Assembly (NCBI GenBank): GCA_965205485.1
Contig: OZ242180.1
Location: 4,768,001 to 4,832,000, forward strand
Reading direction: 5' to 3'
Source: Candidatus Latescibacterota bacterium
Lineage (GTDB): Bacteria > Latescibacterota > UBA2968 > GCA-2709665
DNA length: 64,000 nt
In this document: positions 47,207 through 57,000 of the stretch, in pieces
How the letters are laid out: each line of letters opens with the position of its first letter
How positions within the stretch are numbered: the stretch's first letter is position 1
Translations under genes and position numbers: made by a program
The notes under the pieces: model-generated
The model's database searches: none
Seen by the model: the letters and a program-made list of their open reading frames with translations, nothing else
What the model was told of the DNA's origin: nothing

Positions 47207-48577
47207 TTACGTCGCCAGCCTGTTCAATACATTGCGCGTGATCGTAGCCACCGCGCTTCCGTCCCGGTACAACCCATGGGCCCATTCGATCGTGGCGGCG
47301 TTGAAGACCGTACCCTCGAACTCAGTCTCGTTGACGGCCACGGTCCCGTAGCAGGGGGCAACGCCCTCGTTCCCCCCTTCCTTGACCAGCCGGTGGCCTT
47401 CGGGGACCATACAATCGGCAATGGCCACGATCCGATATTCAGACGACACGCCGTCGGCGCCCGTGTAACGCGGCCGACCGTTCTCGAATATCAGGTCCGC
47501 CGCATCCGCTTCCACGCCGACGATCGAGTCCTCCCGTCCGAATTCGTCCCCCTCGGCGAGTCCTGTACCTTCGAACACCCAGTGGTCCGGATCGCACACG
47601 CGATAATAGCCCCAATCTCCGGTCGTCGGCGCCAGAAACACATTCGGATCGGGCGTCTTCGTATGGACGAACGAGGTGTAGAAGACGCCTATTGTCCGCT
47701 GCCGCAAATCATCGATATAGCTGAGAAACGACGTATCCGGACGCTCGGACGTCGGATGATCGTGATAATGGGGCTTCGCGCAATAGATCTGCCTCCCATC
47801 GTTTCTCAACTCGATCTCCTGGCAGAAGCAGTTCCCCCCGAACAGAACGAGATTGCCGCCGTTCTGAACGAATCTGTGCAGTTGTTCGCACTCGTTCCGG
47901 CTGTTGTACTCATCGTGACAGAAGCGTACGTTAGCCCGGTAGCCGTTCAGAATATCGGGTTCCGCGTCGTGGTCGCCGTTTACACAATAGTCGGCGCCAT
48001 ACCCCTCGGCATCCAGCCAGGACGTGAAGAACTGGTCCCAGATGTAGAAGTTGCCCAGGCATTCCATCTGCAGCGGGCGTTCGAAACTCAGCAGCTTGGC
48101 GTGTTGCCGATCGGTGGAAATGTAGTCGTAGAAGCACTTGCCGCCCACGTTGTTGTATGCCTGGTAGGTATTCGTGGCAACCGTCAGCAACATCGGCGAT
48201 TGCGGCGACCCGGGCCTTACCACGAAAAATATCTCCCGCAACCCCTGTCCGGTGGGGAATGTTGCAATATAGATTCCGCTCTTCCACGTATCCGGAACCA
48301 CGAACGTCGCCGCCGGCTCCCACCCGTATCCATCCTGATAGCCCAGTTCCGGGACCTCCTGAAGCGTACCGCGCAGGCCCTCGATCGTCTTGACGAGTTC
48401 CCGTCTTGCGCCTTCCCGGAAGATGAAGATTTCGTAATAGGACCTGGAGTTCGAAATGTGAAACGTGATCTCCTCGCCCGGCTTCACGCTCTGGAGATTG
48501 GCATAGCCGCCCTCCATCAACTTCCAGTTGATCGTCGCGTCCCACTCATGATGGGCCCAGATGTGTTCTCTTTTCAT
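47207..48577 (-). CDS. N,N-dimethylformamidase large (beta) subunit-like domain protein
   Basis: EGGYA...SV.PGE, W.SGIY, TYQAYN..GG, SFERP, HDEY, G.EAD and GTVFNAATIEW motifs. Confidence 0.75.
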   Translation of the reverse strand: MKREHIWAHHEWDATINWKLMEGGYANLQSVKPGEEITFHISNSRSYYEIFIFREGARRELVKTIEGLRGTLQEVPELGYQDGYGWEPAATFVVPDTWKSGIYIATFPTGQGLREIFFVVRPGSPQSPMLLTVATNTYQAYNNVGGKCFYDYISTDRQHAKLLSFERPLQMECLGNFYIWDQFFTSWLDAEGYGADYCVNGDHDAEPDILNGYRANVRFCHDEYNSRNECEQLHRFVQNGGNLVLFGGNCFCQEIELRNDGRQIYCAKPHYHDHPTSERPDTSFLSYIDDLRQRTIGVFYTSFVHTKTPDPNVFLAPTTGDWGYYRVCDPDHWVFEGTGLAEGDEFGREDSIVGVEADAADLIFENGRPRYTGADGVSSEYRIVAIADCMVPEGHRLVKEGGNEGVAPCYGTVAVNETEFEGTVFNAATIEWAHGLYRDGSAVATITRNVLNRLAT

Positions 48578-48661
48578 CTTTCAGGCCGCCTTTCCATATG
48601 TGGTTTGTGTACCGGAAACCCGCCTCGCCTGCAGAGCGACTCTATCAGCGGACTGTTGTCC

Positions 48662-48691
48662 TTGACACCGGTGTTCATTCCTGGCCATATT
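48662..48691 (+). promoter_or_regulatory. Possible sigma70 promoter for the isochorismatase gene
   Basis: TTGACA-18 nt-CATATT in a divergent intergenic gap. Confidence 0.35.
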
Positions 48692-48736
48692 GCATTTGGA
48701 AAATGGCTCGGAAACAGACAAGCTGAAAGGTCCCGT

Positions 48737-49522
48737 ATGAAGACCATCCAACTGGACGTCCGTTACTATCACCTCACACGGAGAGCAAGCGTAACCGAAG
48801 GTGAATTCCACCTCCGGACCCTGCGGCGCGACTATCCGGCGGACAGGATCGCGCTGGTACTCGTAGACGTGTGGAGCGAACACTATGTAAGCACGCACCT
48901 GCAGCGCGGGAGAGAGATCACCCTCGAACGCATCATTCCCGTTGCCGAAGCCTTCCGGTCGGTGGGCGCCGCCGTGATCCACGCGCCCAGCCCCGACTGC
49001 GCCAAACGCTACGAGGCGTGGACCCGTTTCGCGGGCGACGAGGAAGTCTTCGGAGGTTCGTCTCCTGCACCCGACGACTGGCCGCCCGCGGAATTCCGGT
49101 CAAGAACTGGGGAATACGAAGCGTGGGCGCAGCCGAAGGACCCTCACGATCAGGTCTTCGAGGACACCATCAGGAACCGCCGCATCATTCCCGAGGCCGA
49201 ACCCCGCGACGGCGACGACGTTGTCGTAACCGGCGGCCAGCTGCACCGCCTCCTGAAACACCGGGGCATCCTGCACCTGTTCTACGCAGGCTTCGCCGCC
49301 AACATGTGCGTACCGTTCAGGGACTACGGGATGAGGGCGATGAAGGACCGGGGCTACGACATCATCCTCGTCCGGGACTGCACGACGGCCATTGAAGTCG
49401 CGGATACATCCGAAAACCTGGAACTGTCCCGCGCGGCAGTCATCGACACGGAAGTCAATATCGGATACACAACGTCCCACGGCGACCTCGTTGCCGCCTG
49501 CCGACGGGCATTGAAGACGTAA
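48737..49522 (+). CDS. Isochorismatase/cysteine hydrolase family protein
   Basis: ALVLVDVW, VIHAPS, GFAANMCV (catalytic Cys) and LVRDCT motifs. The real start is ATG 48737; the track's 47150 start is an antisense shadow extension. Confidence 0.85.
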   Translation: MKTIQLDVRYYHLTRRASVTEGEFHLRTLRRDYPADRIALVLVDVWSEHYVSTHLQRGREITLERIIPVAEAFRSVGAAVIHAPSPDCAKRYEAWTRFAGDEEVFGGSSPAPDDWPPAEFRSRTGEYEAWAQPKDPHDQVFEDTIRNRRIIPEAEPRDGDDVVVTGGQLHRLLKHRGILHLFYAGFAANMCVPFRDYGMRAMKDRGYDIILVRDCTTAIEVADTSENLELSRAAVIDTEVNIGYTTSHGDLVAACRRALKT

Positions 49523-49567
49523 ACAGCCGGAAGGCGTGGGTTCTCACCAGTACGGTTCTCGGGCGAA

Positions 49568-50557
49568 TCACGTCTGTCCGAGAACGAAGCTCGCGGCCCG
49601 TCGTATCACTTCCACCCCGGATCCGGGCCTATGGGCGTTCTCGCTCAGATGACGGCGCCAGGCGCGGGCTCCCGGCATTCCGTGAAAGAGCCCCTGGATG
49701 TGCCGCGTCATGCCGACAAGCGGCATCCCCTGCCGCAGCTGATCCTCGACATAATCGCAGAAACGGCCCAGAATCTCCCCGCGGCCGGCCACGGCGCGCG
49801 AATCGCCGTAGAACATCTGGTCCATCGACGCCAGGAAGTAGGGGTTCTGATAGGCCTCGCGCCCGATCATGACCCCATCCACATATTCCAGGTGCCGGCG
49901 CACCTGCTCGCTGGTTGTGATTCCTCCATTGAGGACGACCGTCAGATCCGGGAAGTCCTGTTTCAACCGATACACCACGTCGTATCGCAGGGGCGGTATC
50001 TCCCGGTTCTTTTTCGGACTCAACCCCCGAAGCCAGGCCTTTCTGGCGTGAATCGCGAAGACCCGGCATCCGCCGTCGGAAACGGTCCGCACGAAATTGA
50101 CCAGGTCCTCGTACGAATCCCGGTCATCGATCCCGATCCTGGTCTTCACGGTGACCGGAATTTCAACGGCCTTGCGCATCGCCTCCACGCAACGGGCAAC
50201 CCGTTCCGGCTCCGCCATGAGGCACGCGCCGAAGCGACCGGCCTGTACCCGGTCGCTGGGGCAGCCCACGTTCAGATTGATTTCGTCGTATCCGAATTCC
50301 GCGCCGATCCGCGCGCAGCGCGCCAGCGATTCCGGATCGCTGCCGCCCAGCTGAAGCGCCACCGGATGCTCACGACGATGGTACGTCAGAAGTTGCTCCC
50401 GCGGACCGCGGAGGACGGCGTCCACGGCAATCATCTCGGTATACAGCAGGATGTGCCGGGAGAACAGCCTCAGGAAATACCGTTCGTGCCTGTCCGTCCA
50501 GTCCATCATCGGCGCAACCGACAGGCGTCTGTCGAGCGTCTCTTCCACCGGCAACAC
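49568..50557 (-). CDS. dusA: tRNA-dihydrouridine(20/20a) synthase
   Basis: SVAPMMDWTDRH.R, QLGGSDP, NLNVGCPSDRVQ.G.FGACLM and HARKAWL.GLSPK.NREIPPL.Y motifs. Confidence 0.95.
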   Translation of the reverse strand: MLPVEETLDRRLSVAPMMDWTDRHERYFLRLFSRHILLYTEMIAVDAVLRGPREQLLTYHRREHPVALQLGGSDPESLARCARIGAEFGYDEINLNVGCPSDRVQAGRFGACLMAEPERVARCVEAMRKAVEIPVTVKTRIGIDDRDSYEDLVNFVRTVSDGGCRVFAIHARKAWLRGLSPKKNREIPPLRYDVVYRLKQDFPDLTVVLNGGITTSEQVRRHLEYVDGVMIGREAYQNPYFLASMDQMFYGDSRAVAGRGEILGRFCDYVEDQLRQGMPLVGMTRHIQGLFHGMPGARAWRRHLSENAHRPGSGVEVIRRAASFVLGQT

Positions 50558-50621
50558 ACTCCATGAAGACCGCGCGGACCCCGCGCCTCAACAAACGTCC
50601 ATTCAAACGGAGACACCGACA

Positions 50622-51479
50622 ATGCACGTTGAACGCCTTCCGAACAACCCCATTATCCGCCCGCACATGGACTCCCGGATGGGCGCCAACATCAACGGAC
50701 CCTCGCTCGTCCGGACGCCCGACTGGCTGCCCAACGCCCTCGGAAAGTACTACCTCTATTTCGGCCACCATCAGGGCGAGTACATCCGCCTTGCCTGGTC
50801 GGACCGTCTCACCGGTCCGTGGACCACCTACGAACCGGGCGTGCTGCACCTGAACGACGCCTACACGACCGGCCATCTTGCCTCGCCGGACGTCCACGTG
50901 GACGACAGGAATCGTGAATTCAGAATGTACTATCACGGACCCGTGCCCGGCCGGGGCCAACAGTCCAAAGTCGCGCTATCAGCCGACGGGGTTCATTTTA
51001 CAGCACGGCCGGAAAACCTGGGCAATTCCTACTTCAGGGTCTTCAAATGGAAAAGTGCAACATACGCTCTGGGGATGCCCGGGACCTTCTATCGATCGCA
51101 GGATGGCCTGACGGAATTCCGGCAGGGTCCCGTGCTGTTCTCCGAAGACCAGCGCCACACCGCGTTGAAGCTGGACGGCAACACCCTCTTGGTCTTCTAT
51201 TCCAACGCCCACGACTGCCCCGAACGCATTCTGCTGTCCCGAGTCGAGTTGACGCCGCAATGGATGAACTGGCGTGCGTCGGAAGCCGAGGTCGTCCTCG
51301 AGCCGGAAGCCGATTACGAAGGCGCGGACCTTCCCCTGCAGCCCTCCCGCCGCGGATGGTCGCCCGAGCGGGTGCGGCAGCTTCGCGATCCGGGAATCTA
51401 CCGGGAGGGCGCCGACACCTATCTCCTCTACTCCGTGGCGGGTGAATCCGGAATCGCCATTGCAAAGATAACGGACTGA
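50622..51479 (+). CDS. Hypothetical beta-propeller glycosidase-like protein
   Basis: NPII, NINGPSL...PDWL.N.LGKYYLYF.HH.G.YIRLA, H.ASPDV and QLRDP.IY motifs. GGAG RBS. Confidence 0.7.
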   Translation: MHVERLPNNPIIRPHMDSRMGANINGPSLVRTPDWLPNALGKYYLYFGHHQGEYIRLAWSDRLTGPWTTYEPGVLHLNDAYTTGHLASPDVHVDDRNREFRMYYHGPVPGRGQQSKVALSADGVHFTARPENLGNSYFRVFKWKSATYALGMPGTFYRSQDGLTEFRQGPVLFSEDQRHTALKLDGNTLLVFYSNAHDCPERILLSRVELTPQWMNWRASEAEVVLEPEADYEGADLPLQPSRRGWSPERVRQLRDPGIYREGADTYLLYSVAGESGIAIAKITD

Positions 51480-51504
51480 CCGGCGGCGTGCCACGATAAA
51501 ACGA

Positions 51505-51545
51505 GCGGCGGGATTTCACGCCTTGTTCGCGCGGAACCCCGCCGC
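51505..51545. terminator. Hairpin between convergent genes
   Basis: GCGGCGGG...CCCGCCGC inverted repeat with an AAAA run shortly before it. Confidence 0.35.
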
Positions 51546-51580
51546 CGTATAGTAGATTTCCGGCATCGGTACCGGTTCAG

Positions 51581-52726
51581 TTATCCGGCCACCGGCAGTC
51601 CCAGTGCTTCTGCATTCACGATACTCGGACACGCGTCCGGGGCGTCGTCGCCCAGGAACGGCAGGATGTCGTCCTGGTCCGACCACGCGGGAAGGCCTCT
51701 CAGGACGCCGGCCACGTTGCTGGCGGCGAGCGTTGCCATACCCTCACGCGTCCAGCTTGTCGCCGATGCAATGTGGGGAACGATAACCACGTTGTTGAGT
51801 TCATTCAGACCGGGCTTCATTTCGGGCTCGTCTTCGAAGACGTCGAGCCCGACGCGGAAGTCCGGGTTTTTCCTGCAGTGGGCCACGAGCGCGGTTTCAT
51901 CGATGACCGGCCCGCGGCTGGCATTTACGAGAATCGCGTCAGGCTTCATCAGGTTCAGACGTTCCTCGTTCATCAGGTGGTGGGTGGTCGGATCCAGAAG
52001 CGGATGCAGGCTGACCACGTCGGCCTCGCGCAATACCTCGGCTTCTGAGTTTGCTCTGGTCACCGTCACCGGCTCTTCGCCCTGCCGCTCCAGGAACGCG
52101 CCGTAGTCCCGAATGTAATTCTCCAGCCGTTCGTTGGGATAGGGATCGTAATAGATAAAGTCCATCTTGAACCCTTCGACCATCATCCGCGCGTACGTCG
52201 CGCCAATCCGCCCGGCGCCAATCACACCGACGGTCTTCCGGTTCAGCAACTGCCCCAGAAACAGGGTGGGCAGCCATCCTTCGTACCGCCCACCCCGCAT
52301 GTACTCGTCGGCCTCCACCACGCGGCGCGCGGCGGAAAACGTCAGCGCAATCGCCATCTCCGCGGTGGTCTCCGTCAACACGCCAGGCGTGTTTCCCACG
52401 GGAATACCATTCTGTGTGGCCGCATCCACGTCCACATTGTTGAAACCGACCGCATAGTTGCTGTAGGCTTTGCCGCCTGCCGCTTTCAGCGCAGAGAAGA
52501 GCGGTTCGCCCCAGTCTTCCGTGAGCTGTCCGATCACGCCGTCGCACCGATCGCCGATCGCCGTCCTGATTTCATCCACCTGCAGAATCCGGGTGGAGGT
52601 GCTGTATTCGACGCGGCAACCCGCCTGTTTCAGAATACTCAGCCAGCGGTCGCCCGGAAGCTCCTTTGTAACCACCACGCGCAGATTTCCCGAAGCATTG
52701 AACGTCGTCCACTCATTTGCAGCCAA
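51581..52726 (-). CDS. D-glycerate dehydrogenase / hydroxypyruvate reductase (plant HPR1-like clade)
   Basis: CDGVIGQLTEDWGE.LFSAL..AGG, GNTPGVLTETTAE, GVIGAGRIG..YARMMVEGFKM and VPHIASA..WTREGMATLAA motifs. TTG start after AGGAGG. Confidence 0.92.
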   Translation of the reverse strand: MAANEWTTFNASGNLRVVVTKELPGDRWLSILKQAGCRVEYSTSTRILQVDEIRTAIGDRCDGVIGQLTEDWGEPLFSALKAAGGKAYSNYAVGFNNVDVDAATQNGIPVGNTPGVLTETTAEMAIALTFSAARRVVEADEYMRGGRYEGWLPTLFLGQLLNRKTVGVIGAGRIGATYARMMVEGFKMDFIYYDPYPNERLENYIRDYGAFLERQGEEPVTVTRANSEAEVLREADVVSLHPLLDPTTHHLMNEERLNLMKPDAILVNASRGPVIDETALVAHCRKNPDFRVGLDVFEDEPEMKPGLNELNNVVIVPHIASATSWTREGMATLAASNVAGVLRGLPAWSDQDDILPFLGDDAPDACPSIVNAEALGLPVAG

Positions 52727-52890
52727 AACGCCCTCCTTGAAAATTGAAGACGGGATCCTGCGTTACCGGCCCGCCTGGCGCCGGCCGGACCCGTCTCATA
52801 AAATCCGCGTGATTGTCCGCGGAATCTACCCAGACGCCCCGATCGATTCAAGAATACGAACGTGAATCGGGCAGATGGCGCCGCCATGCC

Positions 52891-53940
52891 TCAATGGACC
52901 CTGTAATCCGGGACCTCAACAGGCACGCCGCCCTGTTGGGCCGACCGGTGCGCGCACAGGCCGGGTACGGAGAAGTCCAGAGACCGGTATACGTCTATTG
53001 GTACGGGACCACGACCGGTCGCTGCCTGCACGAACCGGTCGACCATATAGTATTCCGATGTGCCGTGTCCGCCCGCCAACGCCTCAGCGGGCGCATCGGG
53101 ATCCGAGTCTTCCGCGGGAAACGCCGCCATCGGTCCTTTGCCCGAACGGAAAATCTTGGCGTCTTCCCACGGCGCCCGCCTGTTTTCCAGGGTGCCCTCG
53201 GTACCGTAGAAAATCTGCCAGTGCATCCCGGGTTCCCGGGTCACGGTGAATCCGCAGAGGATCTTGACGACGCTTCCCTTCTCCGTCCGAAACAACCCCA
53301 CCTGCATGTCTATCGAACCGATATCGGGGGCCGTATGCGTGCCGGTGGACATGCCCACCGCGGTAACGCAACGGTCGTCCAGGATATCCAGCACCGGTCC
53401 CAGGCTGTGCGTGCAATAGTAGATCGGCGGCATGGATGCCCGCCACGTCAGTTCCCCGCCAGGACCCCGCATCAGTTTCCGGCAATCGTGTATATACTCC
53501 GCTTCAGCATAGAAGACGCGGCCGATCGCGCCTGACCGGATTTTCGATTTCCAGTCCTGAACATAATGGTAGAAGTTCATATTTTCTGCCATCATGTAGA
53601 ACTTTCCCGTACGACGGACGGCCTCGGCAAGGGCCTCGCATTCCTCCAGCGTCCAGGCGGCCGGAACCTCGCTCAGCACATGCGCACCGGCTTCCATTGC
53701 CAGAATGGACTGCGCCGCATGCAGGGGCGCCGGGGTTGCCACGACAACCACGTCCATGTCCGCCGAAAGAAACGCGTCAAAATCCGCGAACGCCTGTTTA
53801 ACGCCGAAAGTCTCCGCCGCCTGCTCCCGCCGGTCCGCAACCGGATCGCAGATGGCGGCAAGGCGGGTTTGCGGATGGTTCTGAAATGTATTTGCGAGGC
53901 CTCGTCCACGCCTCAATCCGGCGACTCCGACTTTTAACAT
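52891..53940 (-). CDS. Gfo/Idh/MocA family oxidoreductase
   Basis: KVGVAGL.RG, VVVATP...H, HVLSEVP, YMMAEN and Y.THSLGP motifs. Confidence 0.9.
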   Translation of the reverse strand: MLKVGVAGLRRGRGLANTFQNHPQTRLAAICDPVADRREQAAETFGVKQAFADFDAFLSADMDVVVVATPAPLHAAQSILAMEAGAHVLSEVPAAWTLEECEALAEAVRRTGKFYMMAENMNFYHYVQDWKSKIRSGAIGRVFYAEAEYIHDCRKLMRGPGGELTWRASMPPIYYCTHSLGPVLDILDDRCVTAVGMSTGTHTAPDIGSIDMQVGLFRTEKGSVVKILCGFTVTREPGMHWQIFYGTEGTLENRRAPWEDAKIFRSGKGPMAAFPAEDSDPDAPAEALAGGHGTSEYYMVDRFVQAATGRGPVPIDVYRSLDFSVPGLCAHRSAQQGGVPVEVPDYRVH

Positions 53941-54003
53941 ATCTCATTGCCTGACCGTGCGGAGCGCAATCGGGAGGTTTCGACCCCTCCGCCACGTCTC
54001 GAA

Positions 54004-57000
54004 TCAGACCCGTTCGACAACGGGCTCAATCGAAAGATAGGGTTCGGCAGACCGGGCGCGTCCGTTGCCATCCATCATCGCCGCCGCCGCCTGATACGCG
54101 GCCTCGATCTTGGGACGGATGACCTCGCGGTATCCACGCACTTCGTCGGGCATCCGGAACACCCGCACGTAGTCGCCGTACCTCTCTTCGTGATCGAACT
54201 CGAACCGATCGACAAATTCGGTATACCAGTCGCGGTAAGCCTTTTCCTCCTTGTGCCACGACGGCATCAGTTTGCGCAGGAATTTCAACCGTTTCATCAG
54301 CTTCAGCATCCAGTCCCGGGTGGTCAGCTTGAGATACACGTTGAACCCGAGGATATTGAAATTGCCGCGGTTGAAGTGGCGATACGATATACGGTCTCCA
54401 CGCTCGGCGGACACGTTGTATCGCTCGCAGTCGCGCCGGTATTTTTCTTCGCTCGTCAGCAGATGGGCGACGTACACTTCGTCCTTGTAGGCCATCACGC
54501 GCGGCAGGTAGCGAATGACCGCGCGCGTTGCCTCGTACCCCTCCTCGGGCCGGTCCTTTTCGTACACCTTGCGCACCCGCCGCACATAAGTCCCGGCGTA
54601 CCGTGCGCCGTCCCACTGCATCAGATCGTAAACGCCCAGGGCAAACTGCAGCCGATCCTCTTCAGCAAGGCCCAACAGCGCGGCGTCGGCCGTAAGCTCG
54701 AGGTACGCAGCCCTCGCTTTCCTGCCCTTTCCGCGTTCCAGAATGCCGGCCTTGTCTTCGATCAGTTCGCTGCAGGAAAGCAGCGGTTTCTCCTGCGCGA
54801 CGACTTCAGGTTCAATGGCGATTTTGCGGCCGAGATCGAAGGCTTTCAAATTGGGATCGAGGTCGCTGCTCTTGATGTTGCGCTGCATCGACCACTTTAT
54901 GTTTCCCAGATCCAGCGGCAGCACGCCCCGCTGAAAGGCAACCCCGAGAAGGATGCTGTTTGCGTAGATCTTGTTGCCCAGGAAACGCTCCGAGATCTCC
55001 CCCAGGTCCATCCCGAAATACCCCTCGGACTTAGTGTGCCGTTTGAGCACTTCCTCCAGTTCCGCGGTATCGAATTCGTCCTGCCCGGTAAGTGTAAGTA
55101 CCGTATGCCGCTTCCCCGTCTCCACCACCGCGGATGTATGCCTCGGACTGGCGACGCGTCCGTTTCCCATCGACTCCAGTCCCCGCACCGCCTCCAGGAT
55201 ATCCAGGCCGAGAAGCAGATCGGCATGGCCGTACGGGGTAATCTGGGAAATAACGCGGTCACCCTTCGTAAAACTGACGTGGGAATATACGGCCCCGTTT
55301 CGGATGGCCAGCCCTTTCTTATTCGTGAATCGCACGGCATAGCCCTGCCTCGCGCCGGCCACGGAGAGAATCGCGGCGATGGTGTTGATGCCCATGCCGC
55401 CCACCCCGGCAATGTACGCGTACCACGTGGCGTCGAAGGAATTCACTTTGGGCGCCGGCAGGTCCGACAGGTCGATGGCTTCCGTCTGTCTCTGCGCCGG
55501 CCGGGTTCGCCTGACGATAACCTCCTCGAACGACGGGCAGGTGCCATCGCCATTGGAAACGGTCACCCTGGTACAGGCGCCGTCCGCCACGCACAGGGAA
55601 AGATCGGTGGCGATCTTGGGACCGTGCAACGTCTCCTCCACGGTCAATCCGCTGCAACCGGTCGCCCGTGTGCACTCCAGGCAATATTCGCAGACCTCCG
55701 GCGTGATGTTGACGTGACGTTCCTCCGGCAGGTATCCTGTATCCTGGACGATCTCGTTCTGCATCGCGCGCTGCCTGCGGTGAAACGTAATCCCGCATTC
55801 CTTGTCGGCGATGACGATCTTGACGCCGTCCTTCAACAGCGCACGTTCCAGTGTCTGCCGGTATGGCGTGCGTTCCGCAGGATTCATCCTTGCAATGAAG
55901 ACGCTGTCGCCGTCGCCCGCCATGCCTCGCACAACCTGTTCGATGTCCTGCGCGAACGTCGGCTTGCCCAGAATATCCACGTCGACGCCAGGCGTGGGCT
56001 GGTGGCCGGTCATTGCCGTTGTCTTGTTGTCCAGGATGACGTAGGTAATGTCCTGTCCGTGCTTTATCGAATCGGATATCGCCGCCATTCCGCTGTGAAA
56101 GAAGGTCGAGTCTCCCATGAAGACAAGCTGCTTGTTGTCGATGTAGGGATCGATCCCGGCTCCCGTGCCTCCGCCCAGCCCCATCCCTGACAAATTGTGC
56201 ATCAGCCGGTCGAAGGGCTTGTATTTCAAAAGGGAATAGCATCCGATATCGCCGTGAAACACCAAGTCGGCCGGATCTCTCTGATGGTGTTTCCGCATAT
56301 AGTCCGCACTGCCGAAATCGTCGATGACCCGGTTCAGCACGCTCGCGGAATCCCGGTGCGGACAACCGGGACAGAATGAGGGGGTGCGTACGGCCGCCTG
56401 CACCTGGTAATCCGCCGTTTCGTCGACAAGGTCGACCTCCTGCGCAATCCGCTCTCGGTCTACAGGTACCGAGGGGTCGTCCAGGTCCAGCAGGACGGGC
56501 GCGAGCGCTTTGAGCAGGATGGACGGGTTCATCCCCTTGCTGTCCGGAAACCCCGGTTGACCGCCTGGAAAACGCTTGCCCCAGATACGGAACGGGCCGA
56601 TCTCTCCATCCTGGTGCAATCCCTGCAGCGCGGCCGTAACCTGCCCCTCCAGAAACCCGCGCTTCTCTTCAACGACGTATATATCGCCGACATGTCCCAC
56701 GAATGCCTTCAGGATTTCCGGGTCTACCGGATGCGTCAGCCCGTATTTCAGTATGGGGATGCTGCCTTCCAGCCCCAGCATATTCATCACATGTTCAAGG
56801 TAGCAATACGCGAGGCTGGAACTGATGAATCCAATGCGTCTCTTCCCTGATGCCGGCGGGTAGAGAATGCGGTTCAGATTGTATTCGCGGGCGTATTCCA
56901 GCAGTTCCGGCATCCGCCTGTGCAGTACGTCTTCCTCCTTGATGGCGGTGCTTGGGGGGATGATCACCCTGTCGTCGAGCGGAATCGTCCCGCTGTCGAT

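Noticed and set aside
47150..48736. Apparent N-terminal extension making a 790-aa isochorismatase fusion
   Set aside because: It is antisense to the DMFase-like gene and crosses a promoter region. The recognisable domain starts at ATG 48737.
49568..50557. dusA as an integration hotspot for genomic islands
   Set aside because: No integrase or duplicated dusA 5' fragment is seen next to it.
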